Assembly (NCBI GenBank): GCA_035455165.1
Contig: DATIFP010000021.1
Span: 1-64,000 of the forward strand
Length of the DNA stretch: 64,000 nt
Direction of reading: 5' to 3'
Source: Blastocatellia bacterium
GTDB taxonomy: Bacteria; Acidobacteriota; Blastocatellia; UBA7656
The position numbers and the translations under genes are program-made. Below, in pieces: positions 8,838-18,056 of the stretch. The notes under the pieces were generated by a model. The model ran no database searches. It worked only from the letters and a program-made list of their open reading frames with translations, and was not told the DNA's origin. How positions within the stretch are numbered: position 1 is the stretch's first letter; the number at the start of each line of letters is the position of its first letter.

Positions 8838-11051
8838 CTACTTCGTCTTCGAAGGTGAGCCGTTATCTGTCTGAGGTCCAATGCTGAGGCGCTCTCGAAA
8901 CAGATTTAATAGCAGCAAACTTCCGATACCCCCACCGCCGTCGCCCGACCCGCCCGAAGCCATCACGTCAGGTGTTATGCGGACTCCTTTTTCGCCGATC
9001 ACTCTCAAAGTTTCGACAAGCGCGACGCCTTGCGCCCCGATCGCGTTGACCTGTTCAGCATAGGCCACGCCTTGGGCTTCGCCCATCAAGCGGACCTTCT
9101 CCGATTCGGCCCTGCCGGTTGCCAGGATGTAGCTCGCTTCGCCTTCGCCCTCGGCTTTGCGTTGCTCCGAGCGCTTGCCGGCGATCTCAACGCCGACAGT
9201 TGCTTCCATCAATTTGACCTGATTGTCGGCTTGCGCCTTGGTTCTCTCCAATTGAATGCGCCGCTCCTCGGCTTCTCGCTGCGCGTTGAACATGCTCAGC
9301 CTCTGTTCGGCGAGGATCTTTTCAGTCTGGGTCTTCATCAGCTCTTCGGGGAGATGAATGTGGCAGATCAAGACGTTGACCACATCGACGTGATACTTCA
9401 ACAGGTGGGCTCGAACTCGAGCCTCGGCGCGCTCTTGCTCTTCGTGCCGGTTCTGCAGATAAGCCATAGCAGACGACTCAGAGGCCTGGTTGCGGAAGAT
9501 CGAGTCTATCAGCGGATGCATCACGTTTTGTATCAGCCTGTCGACGGAGCCAATCTTGGCGACCATGAACGGCGCGTCTTCCGGTTTGACTCGAAAGACA
9601 ACGCGCACCTCGAGCTGCATTGTGAAGCCGTCTTTCGAAATCACCTCGAACGGATTAAACGTGTTTGCGACTTCTCCCGAAGTCCACTCGACCGTCTGGT
9701 TTGTCGTCGGGATTATTATCGGCGTTACAGCAAGCGTGTTGACGTAGTAACGCCCCGGCCCGACTACGGTCTCTTGTATGCCACGAAACCCGGCAGGCAC
9801 AACGTAGGCTTCGTGTGCGCCTTCATCCAGCCGCTGATCCGCGGGATCGTTGAGCGCGAGGTCTTCTTTGATCTCGGCTACAGTGTCCTTATCGCCGATC
9901 CGCGCGGAGACATGCGCTACTTGCTCTTGCTCTTCCCGCTCCAGGCGGCCGCGAATTTTTGCAGCCATCGCACGGCGCACCTCTTCCGATGGGTCTTTGC
10001 CGACGTTTGAAACGATCACCGCGACCTCGCCCGGCTTGATCTCTTTCGCAGATTCGGGAATCACCTTGAACAACATCGCGTTCACATAGTAGGTGCCCGG
10101 AAGCAGAATGTCCTTCTGAGGTCCGCGCTGACCGCCGTGGCCGATGAATTCGTTCCCGTCTTGAAAGTTGTCGTGGCCCTCGACCGCGGTTGCAACGTAG
10201 TCTCTAGGGTCAAGCGTCGCGCCGTCCAACGCTTCGACGAGACCGATCTGGTTCTCCTGGATCACAGTAGCGTCCATCAGGCGCACGAAAAACAAGCCCG
10301 GCTTGCGCTCTTGGCCGCCCTCGAGCGGGGTCGAGTCGGTCAGTATGCGATAGGTCCCCGGTGTGAGTATGTCCACCTGCGGTCCCTTTTGTCCGCCCGA
10401 CGAGATGAACTGTTCGGCGTCCTGAAAGTTGCGGTGATTGTCGATCGCCTTGGCAAGCAAACGACCGGGGTCGAGTTGGGCGCCGTCGGCTGATGTAACG
10501 ATCCCGACTTTGCCCTGCGGGATCACCGTAGTTTTTGTGACCGATACTCGGAACAGGTAAGGATGGATCGGCCATAACCCCGGCGGCAGCGTGCGGAGCT
10601 GGATCCCCTTGACGCCGCCGCGCTTAATGAACGCGATCGGATCCTGAAAGTTGTTATGCGCGTTTTGGGCGCGATCGGCGGCGAAGATCCCGCCGGGGGG
10701 CATCGGCTCGCCGTCGATGGCTTCGATCACGCCCATTTCATCCGGCCCGATTTCGACCAGCGGGAATTTGCGGATGACCCTCTCGAACGGCCACTTGATC
10801 AGGTGTAGTCCCGGCTTGAGGACGTCTGCCTGGATGCCCACCTCGCCTTCCGTTGCGACGACGCGCCCGGGCGGCATCTTCGCGCCAAGGTACCTGCGTT
10901 CTTTGATCGCGATCTCGCGCGCACCGACGTTGACGAAGATCCGTCGAACGATCACGAGGAGCACAATCAACGCAACGATCGCGATAGCGATCACCGGCAG
11001 GAGCGATTGAATTTGATTTGGGTTCATGATTGACCTCGATTGCTGGCTCAA
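8838..11051 (-). CDS. Flotillin-like SPFH/Band-7 membrane protein (YqiK family) with three N-terminal NFQD repeats
   Basis: N-terminal TM helix; three ~45-aa repeats (NAHNNFQDPIAFIKRGGVKG / NHRNFQDAEQFISSGGQKG / GHDNFQDGNEFIGHGGQRG); SPFH core; C-terminal flotillin Ala/Glu-rich region and Gly-rich tail. Confidence 0.75.
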   Translation of the reverse strand: MSQQSRSIMNPNQIQSLLPVIAIAIVALIVLLVIVRRIFVNVGAREIAIKERRYLGAKMPPGRVVATEGEVGIQADVLKPGLHLIKWPFERVIRKFPLVEIGPDEMGVIEAIDGEPMPPGGIFAADRAQNAHNNFQDPIAFIKRGGVKGIQLRTLPPGLWPIHPYLFRVSVTKTTVIPQGKVGIVTSADGAQLDPGRLLAKAIDNHRNFQDAEQFISSGGQKGPQVDILTPGTYRILTDSTPLEGGQERKPGLFFVRLMDATVIQENQIGLVEALDGATLDPRDYVATAVEGHDNFQDGNEFIGHGGQRGPQKDILLPGTYYVNAMLFKVIPESAKEIKPGEVAVIVSNVGKDPSEEVRRAMAAKIRGRLEREEQEQVAHVSARIGDKDTVAEIKEDLALNDPADQRLDEGAHEAYVVPAGFRGIQETVVGPGRYYVNTLAVTPIIIPTTNQTVEWTSGEVANTFNPFEVISKDGFTMQLEVRVVFRVKPEDAPFMVAKIGSVDRLIQNVMHPLIDSIFRNQASESSAMAYLQNRHEEQERAEARVRAHLLKYHVDVVNVLICHIHLPEELMKTQTEKILAEQRLSMFNAQREAEERRIQLERTKAQADNQVKLMEATVGVEIAGKRSEQRKAEGEGEASYILATGRAESEKVRLMGEAQGVAYAEQVNAIGAQGVALVETLRVIGEKGVRITPDVMASGGSGDGGGGIGSLLLLNLFRERLSIGPQTDNGSPSKTK

Positions 11052-11779
11052 CGAACGCGTGTCGCCGCAGCCAACTCACGGCGAAGCTCAGCGAGCCTGG
11101 TCTTTAAGGCAAAGCCCTCGCCTCCGCGCCTTGCTTCCGGCGCGAGAATCCAATACTGACTTTCGACTAATTCGACTAACTGTTCGGCTGAGAATCGTGC
11201 GAGCTGTCCGACCTTCCAGCAAGTAACGATAATATCGACCGCTCGCCCATAGGTCGCCGCATCATCGGAAAGCGCGGCGACGTGGATCACCGCTGCTGTC
11301 GAAAAGGAGTCCGGATTCTCTGTCCATTCTTCGATGACGCGCTCGGCTAGTCGCCTGTTCCCTTTCAGCTCAGTGCTGGCGGCGAACTGACCGACGAGAG
11401 CGCGAAGCGACTCCCGACTGTTCGCAGCTGCGTCGATCAACGTTTCCAGAACCTCCTGGTATGTCTCCTGGTCGCCATCCCGCCAGGCTTCGGAAAGCGT
11501 TTCCAGATCGCCGCTGCGAGCGCGTTCCATTAGTTTCGCCTTGCGGTACGAGCGTGTGTCAGTCGCCGGCTCGCCCGCCACTGAGACAGCGCCGGGCGCA
11601 GAAAACAATCCTCCGAATGACCGCGGTCGCAACTCCCGATCTGCGGTAGGGCTCGAGCGGGCGATCTGCCGGATGTAGAGCGATAAACCGCCGGCCAGTA
11701 AGACCAACAACGTAATGATGATTATCGTGAACATCTTCTCTGCTTCTGAGCTCGTGCTGACGGGCGGAACGTCGCCCAC
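11048..11779 (-). CDS. Hypothetical single-pass membrane protein, translationally coupled to the flotillin gene
   Basis: TM helix FTIIIITLLVLLAGGLSLYI; 4-nt overlap with the downstream flotillin start; no recognisable NfeD fold. Confidence 0.5.
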   Translation of the reverse strand: MGDVPPVSTSSEAEKMFTIIIITLLVLLAGGLSLYIRQIARSSPTADRELRPRSFGGLFSAPGAVSVAGEPATDTRSYRKAKLMERARSGDLETLSEAWRDGDQETYQEVLETLIDAAANSRESLRALVGQFAASTELKGNRRLAERVIEEWTENPDSFSTAAVIHVAALSDDAATYGRAVDIIVTCWKVGQLARFSAEQLVELVESQYWILAPEARRGGEGFALKTRLAELRRELAAATRVR

Positions 11780-11912
11780 AGCATGAGTCGGTTAGACGCG
11801 CGGGTCAAGCTGTACCTGACGCACCGCCCAGCGAACGTTCGGTTGACTTCACACGCGTAACTGTTCTACAAATTCCGCGACATGAATCGACCACAGTGCC
11901 CGCCATCCTAAA

Positions 11913-14900
11913 ATGGGAGAAGAAATGATGAAGAGGACGTTGATATCGGTTTTGCTCGCTTTGCCGCTGATGGTTCTGTTTGCTTCGTCGGCGACGGCTC
12001 AAACGCAGATCACCACCGGAGTCATACAGGGAACGGTACTCGACGAACAGGGCGGAGCTGTGCCCGGAGCAAACGTCGAGGTAAAAAACGTCGATACGAA
12101 CTTTACCAGGACGTTGATGACCGACGCGGACGGCAGGTTTGTCTTTCTTCAACTGCAACCTGGCCGCTATCTGGTGACGGTTTCCAAGCAGGGCTTCGCT
12201 ACGCTGGTCCAGGAGAACCTCGAGCTCACCGTCGGTCAGACGATCAATCTAAACCTGGCCATGAAGGTCTCGCGGCTGGAGGAGAAGATTACAATCACGG
12301 CCGCGCCGACGATCGACACCGTCAAGACCGAATCCAGCTCGACGCTCAACGAACAGGCGGTGAGCAATCTGCCGATTCTGGGAAGGAAATTTGAGGATCT
12401 TCTCACGCTGACACCCGGCGTAAGCATAACCCAGGGACCGGACGGCGATGAGATTAATTTCGCGGGACAGCGCGGTGTCTTTAACAACGTCAGCCTCGAC
12501 GGCGGCGACTACAACAACGGGTTCTTCGGCGAGCAAGCCGGCGGGCAGCGCGCGGCAATCGACATCACGCTGGAAGCCGTCAAAGAGTTCCAAGTGATTG
12601 CGACCGGCGCGAGCGCGGAGTTCGGCCGAACCGCTGGGGGCGTAGTCAATGTGATCACCAAGTCAGGCACCAACAATGTTCACGGCAGTATCTTTCACTT
12701 TCAAAGGCTCGAGTCTTTGAGTGCTAACACCTCGGACGGCAAGCCGCTCAAGGATTTTCATCGCGAGCAGTTCGGAGGAACAATCGGCGGGCCAATCAAG
12801 AAGGACAGGATTTTCTACTTCTTCGCGGTCGAGCAGATCTTTGCAAATTTGACTCGAGCGAACTTGAGCGAGGCGATCGGGACTCCGTGTTCAGTCTCGA
12901 CGCCAACGATCACTGCCAACGAAGCGCTGATTAAGAGCAGCTCTGATTGTCAGCGTCTCGCGTTGCTCAACTTCTTCAGTAGTAAACTCGGAGTGGATGA
13001 CGGGTTGCCTGTGAAGCATCCTCAACGCAACACCGCGGTGCTGACAAAGCTCGACTGGAATCTCTCCGCTAACAACAAGCTCAGCGCGTCGTACAACTTC
13101 GACTACTCGAAGAACGAGAATCAAACATTCGATGTCGCCACCTACGGCAACTCGGCAAATGGTACCGAGGGCCCGTCGAAGATCAACGTGTTCAACCTGA
13201 ATCTCTTTAGCTCACTGTCGGCGACAAAGCTGAACGAAGCACACTTCACCTACGCGCGTGAGTTGCGTCCACGCGCAGCGACCAAGTCCAATCTCCTGGC
13301 CGACACAGGCATCGCGAATTTTCGATTCGGGAATCCGTTTTTTCTGCAACCCACGGTCGACGAGCTGATCTGGCGAACGCACCTTCGGGACAGCTTCTCA
13401 ATTGTCTCGGGCAAGCATACGTACAAGTTCGGCGGCGAGTGGCTCCATAGTCTTAACGATCAAATTTTCCGGGGGTTCTTCACTGGACGTTATCTGTTTG
13501 ACAGCGTTGCGGGCTTCCTCCGGTACGTTTCGCCGGCTTCTCTGGGTGTAGGCTTTGGACCTACAGTGGCGACGTGCAGCGACGGGAGGTTTGGAGACAT
13601 CAGACTGGGTCCATCTTCGTGCGCATCGGGAGCGTTTGCTCCGAACAACTCTTTCAGCTTTGGGCCGGGCCCGCTTATCGGCTTTATTGGCCGCGCGGGA
13701 AGAACCGGGCCAGCGGGAGACGCTAATGGCGCCTCGAAGTTTGACAACGAAGATTATGCGCTCTTCATTCAGGACAAATGGCAAATTCACCCGAGCTTCA
13801 CACTGAACTACGGCTTGCGGTGGGACGCTCAAATCCTACCCGAGCCGTTCGTGCCACCGGCGCAGACCGCGTATGGCAGATTTCTAAACGATCCGAGATT
13901 CCCGTCGGACGGTACTCTCCCGAGCCAGAAAAAAGAGTTCCAGCCGCGCATTGGATTTGCGTGGAGTCTATTCAATAGCCAGAAATCTGTACTGCGAGCG
14001 AGCTGGGGGATCTACAACGCGAGGCAGAATATGCTGTCTCAAGTCTCCTCACTCACGACGAACGGGGTCCAACTTCAAGCTCCGTTTTTCAACACAGCCA
14101 TTATAGGGTTTGGACTGCCCCCGCCTACCTATCCTGGCGTGTTGATCCCGGCCCCATTGCCGGAGGGGCAATTCAGCGATTTTACCGGTGTCTCGGTCTT
14201 CGCCAGGGACTATGCCAATCCGCGAATCTACACCACCAATGTCGGCTTTGAGCAAGAAATAGCTCCCGGTTGGGCCGTATACTTCGATTTCACCCACGCG
14301 AAGGGGGTCCACCTGACGCGATTCATCGACATCAACAATCTCGGCAACTTCGGGCCACCCACAACACTTCCGGAGAATGGAGACAAGGCGGTTTACCTTG
14401 GTCCAGCTCCGTTCGCACCACAACTCGGCAATGTCTTCGTGACCTTCAGCAACGGTAAATCACTCTACCGCGGCTTTACCGCCGGCTTGAGAAAGCGGTT
14501 CAGCAAGGGCTTCCAGATGGAAGGAAACTATACTTGGTCTAAAGACCTGGATGACGACTCGAACGAGCGCGACCCGTTCACCGACCGAACCTTTGACCAG
14601 ACCGACCTTTCAAAGGACTATTCCCTGTCGGACCGCGACATTCGCCACAAGTTCAACTTCTACAGCTACGTCGAGCCTGGCTTGGGGTTGCAGGTCAGCG
14701 CGCGAATCCAGGCACGGTCGGCGCAGCCGATTACCCCAAGCCCTCGGGTCTTGAACTTTGTAGATCGTGGACGCAACAGCATCCGCAAAGATAACGAGTT
14801 CTTCTCGTTCGACTGGCGGCTGCAGCGGCCGTACAAGCTTGGCGAGCGGACCGCGTTGATGCCAATGATCGAGATGTTCAACACGTTTAACAACAAGAAC

Positions 14901-15008
14901 AACGTCAACCCGCTCGCCACGCCGCCGCTGACCAACTTCGACGGCTTCTTGCGATTTGGTGTTGGGGATCCGAGGCAGCTACAGCTCGCGCTGAAGTTCA
15001 CGTTCTAG
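11913..15008 (+). CDS. TonB-dependent outer-membrane receptor with N-terminal carboxypeptidase-regulatory-like domain (Oar-like)
   Basis: Signal peptide (the real start is likely MKRTL at 11928); CarbopepD_reg-like segment VPGANVEVKNVDTNFTRTLMTDADGRFVF; 1031 aa; ends with aromatic ...LKFTF as in beta-barrels. Confidence 0.85.
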   Translation: MGEEMMKRTLISVLLALPLMVLFASSATAQTQITTGVIQGTVLDEQGGAVPGANVEVKNVDTNFTRTLMTDADGRFVFLQLQPGRYLVTVSKQGFATLVQENLELTVGQTINLNLAMKVSRLEEKITITAAPTIDTVKTESSSTLNEQAVSNLPILGRKFEDLLTLTPGVSITQGPDGDEINFAGQRGVFNNVSLDGGDYNNGFFGEQAGGQRAAIDITLEAVKEFQVIATGASAEFGRTAGGVVNVITKSGTNNVHGSIFHFQRLESLSANTSDGKPLKDFHREQFGGTIGGPIKKDRIFYFFAVEQIFANLTRANLSEAIGTPCSVSTPTITANEALIKSSSDCQRLALLNFFSSKLGVDDGLPVKHPQRNTAVLTKLDWNLSANNKLSASYNFDYSKNENQTFDVATYGNSANGTEGPSKINVFNLNLFSSLSATKLNEAHFTYARELRPRAATKSNLLADTGIANFRFGNPFFLQPTVDELIWRTHLRDSFSIVSGKHTYKFGGEWLHSLNDQIFRGFFTGRYLFDSVAGFLRYVSPASLGVGFGPTVATCSDGRFGDIRLGPSSCASGAFAPNNSFSFGPGPLIGFIGRAGRTGPAGDANGASKFDNEDYALFIQDKWQIHPSFTLNYGLRWDAQILPEPFVPPAQTAYGRFLNDPRFPSDGTLPSQKKEFQPRIGFAWSLFNSQKSVLRASWGIYNARQNMLSQVSSLTTNGVQLQAPFFNTAIIGFGLPPPTYPGVLIPAPLPEGQFSDFTGVSVFARDYANPRIYTTNVGFEQEIAPGWAVYFDFTHAKGVHLTRFIDINNLGNFGPPTTLPENGDKAVYLGPAPFAPQLGNVFVTFSNGKSLYRGFTAGLRKRFSKGFQMEGNYTWSKDLDDDSNERDPFTDRTFDQTDLSKDYSLSDRDIRHKFNFYSYVEPGLGLQVSARIQARSAQPITPSPRVLNFVDRGRNSIRKDNEFFSFDWRLQRPYKLGERTALMPMIEMFNTFNNKNNVNPLATPPLTNFDGFLRFGVGDPRQLQLALKFTF

Positions 15009-15036
15009 GTGCGAACTTCAAGGGCATTCAAGCAAT

Positions 15037-15078
15037 AAAATGCGGTTCACAACCCTGGTTGTGAACCGCATTTTCTTA
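15037..15078. terminator. Bidirectional rho-independent terminator between the convergent TonB-receptor and alaS genes
   Basis: ~17-bp perfect stem AAAATGCGGTTCACAACC / GGTTGTGAACCGCATTTT flanked by an A-run and a T-run. Confidence 0.8.
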
Positions 15079-15149
15079 AGCCTGCTTTCGCAAGACTCCG
15101 GTTATGCTCTAAATGACAGAATCGATCGAGCCACAGACTAAAGTCTGTG

Positions 15150-17837
15150 CTACTTCCCGGAGAGCAGTCGCTCGACTGTCTCGTAACTGGCTTCCAGTGC
15201 CTGATCCAGCTTCTCGGGTTCGTTGCCGCCGCCCGTAGCCATATCGGCCCGGCCTCCCCCTTTTCCGCCGATCAGCGCCGCAACTTCGCGAACGATTTGT
15301 CCGGCGTTCAGGCGGCTAGTCAGATCGTCAGTCACCCGAGCCACAAGCGAAGCTTTCCCGTCGGTAGCCTGACCCAGCACCACCACCCCGGATTTCAGCT
15401 TCTGCGAAAGCGCGTCCGCGAGTTGGCGCATGCCGTTCGAGTCGAGGTCGGACACCCGGCGCGCGACTACGCGTATCCCGGCGACCTCGCGAGCGCTGTC
15501 CGCGGCCGAAGCTGATTCCGAATGAGCCATCTTCAGTTTCAGTTGTTCTATCTCGCGCTCATATCGGCGCACTTGATCCTGAAGCTTGTCCACGTGAGCC
15601 GGGATGTCGCGAAGCGGCACTTTGAATCTCTGCGCGAGTTCTTCGATCACCTGCTCGTCAACCTGAAATCGCGCGATCGCTGCATCGGCGGTCAGCGCCT
15701 CGACTCGGCGAACGCCCGCGGCGATCGATGAGTCGCTGATGATCTTGAGCGGACCTATGTCTCCGGTAGCGTGAACGTGCGTACCGCCGCAAAGCTCTGT
15801 TGAGAATCCGGGGAGGCTCACCACGCGAACGTCAGCGGCGTACTTTTCGCCGAACAAGGCCATCGCTCCGGACTGCAACGCGGCTTCCAGGGGCTTTATT
15901 TCGGTTTCGACCGCGCGGTTATGAAGCACTTCGTTGTTGACCAGACGCTCGATCTCCGCGATCTCGTCTTCGGTCAGGGGCGCGTAGTGAGTGAAGTCGA
16001 ACCTCAATCGGTCAGGCGCAACCAGCGAGCCCGCCTGTTTCACGTGCGGTCCGAGCACCTCGCGCAATGCCGCGTGCAGAAGATGGGTGCCGGTGTGATT
16101 GGCTTTGATTCGACGGCGTCTCTCTGCGTCGATTCGCGCAGTGACCGCGTCGCCGACGCGCAGCTCGCCTTGTTCGACTCGAGTTTTGTGAATGTGATAG
16201 CCGGTCACCACGGAGTACGTGTCTTCGACTTCAGCGAGCACGTTCTCACCTTCAAGAACGCCGGTGTCGCCGATCTGTCCGCCGGCTTCCGAATAAAACG
16301 GCGTGCGATCGAGAATTACCTCGCCGGTCTCGCCAGTCGAAATCGACTCGCGTTGTTCGTCGCCGGCAATAATCGCAAGCACTCGCGCACCGTGAGTTTC
16401 CGTCTCGCCGTAACCGGTGAACTCGGTCCGTGGCAATCCCGCGGCGACCTTCGTGTAAATCTCGCGTGCGCGTCGTCCGGTTTCAGTCATCGCAGGCGCG
16501 GTCTGTCGCTGCAGCTCAGCCAGCGCGGCGTCGAACTGTTCGTTGAATTCTTCCTCCGCAAGCTCCGTTCCGTGCTGGGCGAGCACCACGCGAATCAAAT
16601 CGCGCGGGACCCCGTAGGTGTCGTAATTCCGAGCGAGCTCGGTCATCGGCGGCGCGGCAGGAGCGTAACGGTCGAACAGTTCTTCAAGCCGCGGTTCGCC
16701 GATCGTCAATATTCGGCTGAAGCGCTGCTCCTCGCCGCGAACCGTCTCCCCGATCAAGTGTCGTGAAGCGATCAACTCCGGAAAGGGCTCGCCCATCAAG
16801 TCGACTACAAAGTCGGTGACCTTATGAAAGAAGGGCGGCTTCAGGGCGAGGCCTTTCTCGCCGTGAAATATCGCGCGCCGCATGATTTTGCGCAGAACGT
16901 AGTTGCGCCCGACGTTACCGGGGGCGATTCCATCGGCCAGCGAGAACGCGGTGGCGCGAGCGTGGTCGGCAATCACTCGCATCGAAAAGCCCTCGGATGT
17001 CTCGTATACATATCGCTTGCCGGCAAGCTCCGCGATGAAGTTGATGATCGGCTGAATCAGGTCGGTGTCGTAGTTCGATCTCACACCCTGGAGCACAGTA
17101 GCAAGTCGCTCGAGTCCGGCGCCGGTGTCGACCGACGGAGCGGGAAGGGGGTCGAGCCTATACGAGCCATCCGGCATCTGCGACCGGTTGAACTGCATGA
17201 AGACCAGATTCCAGATTTCTACCGTGGTATCTCCCGGACCGTTGACGTGTTCGGCGCGGTTGAACTCGGGGTCATCCGGACGCTCACCCGTGTAGTAGTG
17301 GATCTCGGAGCACGGCCCGCAGGGACCAGTTTCACCCATCTGCCAGAAATTATCCTTGCGCCCGAAGCGGAGGATTCGCTCGGGCCGCGCGCCTACTTGC
17401 TGCCAGAACCGCTCGGCCTCCTCGTCGGCCGAGACATCTTCATCCCCTCCGAAGACCGTGAACCAGAGCCGCTCCGGGTCCAGCTTGAACTCATTTACCA
17501 ACAAGTCCCACGCGAAGTAGATCGCCTCCTTTTTGAAGTAGTCGCCAAAGGAGAAGTTACCGAGCATCTCGAAAAAAGTATGATGCCGCGTAGTGCGACC
17601 TACCTCGTCGAGGTCGTTATGTTTCCCGCCGGCTCGCACACATTTCTGCGAAGAGGCCGCGCGTTTGTAGTCGCGCTGCTCGAGTCCGAGGAACACGTCC
17701 TTGAACTGGTTCATGCCCGCGTTCGTAAACAGCAGCGTCGGATCATTGGCCGGCAGTAGCGGAGAACTTCTCACCACTCGATGCCCGCGCGCTGCAAAGT
17801 AATCCAGGAACTTCTGTCTGATCTCGTTTCCGGTCAT
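15150..17837 (-). CDS. alaS: Alanine--tRNA ligase
   Basis: 895 aa; N-terminal MTGNEIRQKFLDYFAARGHRVV...FTNAGMNQFK is the canonical AlaRS start. Confidence 0.95.
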   Translation of the reverse strand: MTGNEIRQKFLDYFAARGHRVVRSSPLLPANDPTLLFTNAGMNQFKDVFLGLEQRDYKRAASSQKCVRAGGKHNDLDEVGRTTRHHTFFEMLGNFSFGDYFKKEAIYFAWDLLVNEFKLDPERLWFTVFGGDEDVSADEEAERFWQQVGARPERILRFGRKDNFWQMGETGPCGPCSEIHYYTGERPDDPEFNRAEHVNGPGDTTVEIWNLVFMQFNRSQMPDGSYRLDPLPAPSVDTGAGLERLATVLQGVRSNYDTDLIQPIINFIAELAGKRYVYETSEGFSMRVIADHARATAFSLADGIAPGNVGRNYVLRKIMRRAIFHGEKGLALKPPFFHKVTDFVVDLMGEPFPELIASRHLIGETVRGEEQRFSRILTIGEPRLEELFDRYAPAAPPMTELARNYDTYGVPRDLIRVVLAQHGTELAEEEFNEQFDAALAELQRQTAPAMTETGRRAREIYTKVAAGLPRTEFTGYGETETHGARVLAIIAGDEQRESISTGETGEVILDRTPFYSEAGGQIGDTGVLEGENVLAEVEDTYSVVTGYHIHKTRVEQGELRVGDAVTARIDAERRRRIKANHTGTHLLHAALREVLGPHVKQAGSLVAPDRLRFDFTHYAPLTEDEIAEIERLVNNEVLHNRAVETEIKPLEAALQSGAMALFGEKYAADVRVVSLPGFSTELCGGTHVHATGDIGPLKIISDSSIAAGVRRVEALTADAAIARFQVDEQVIEELAQRFKVPLRDIPAHVDKLQDQVRRYEREIEQLKLKMAHSESASAADSAREVAGIRVVARRVSDLDSNGMRQLADALSQKLKSGVVVLGQATDGKASLVARVTDDLTSRLNAGQIVREVAALIGGKGGGRADMATGGGNEPEKLDQALEASYETVERLLSGK

Positions 17838-18056
17838 GACTGTCTTCTTTGCTCACAGAAATCGAAGAAAAGATTATAGCAAACGCTGGCGGTAGGACGG
17901 CAGGGCGCACGCGGATGAGCATGCGATCCGGTTCGAGGGGCGCGCACAAACACCTGTCTGAGACTGTGCTGCTCGGCTTCTTCGTGGTTCGGCCGCTCGG
18001 GATCAAACGTCACAGCGAAATTTGCCGTGCTTTCAGCGGCGGCTAGTGACGCAGTG

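Noticed and set aside
9030-10010. 326-aa plus-strand ORF
   Set aside because: Antisense to the flotillin gene; no start context or motifs.
15921-17759. 281-aa and 311-aa plus-strand ORFs
   Set aside because: Antisense to alaS, which is unambiguous.
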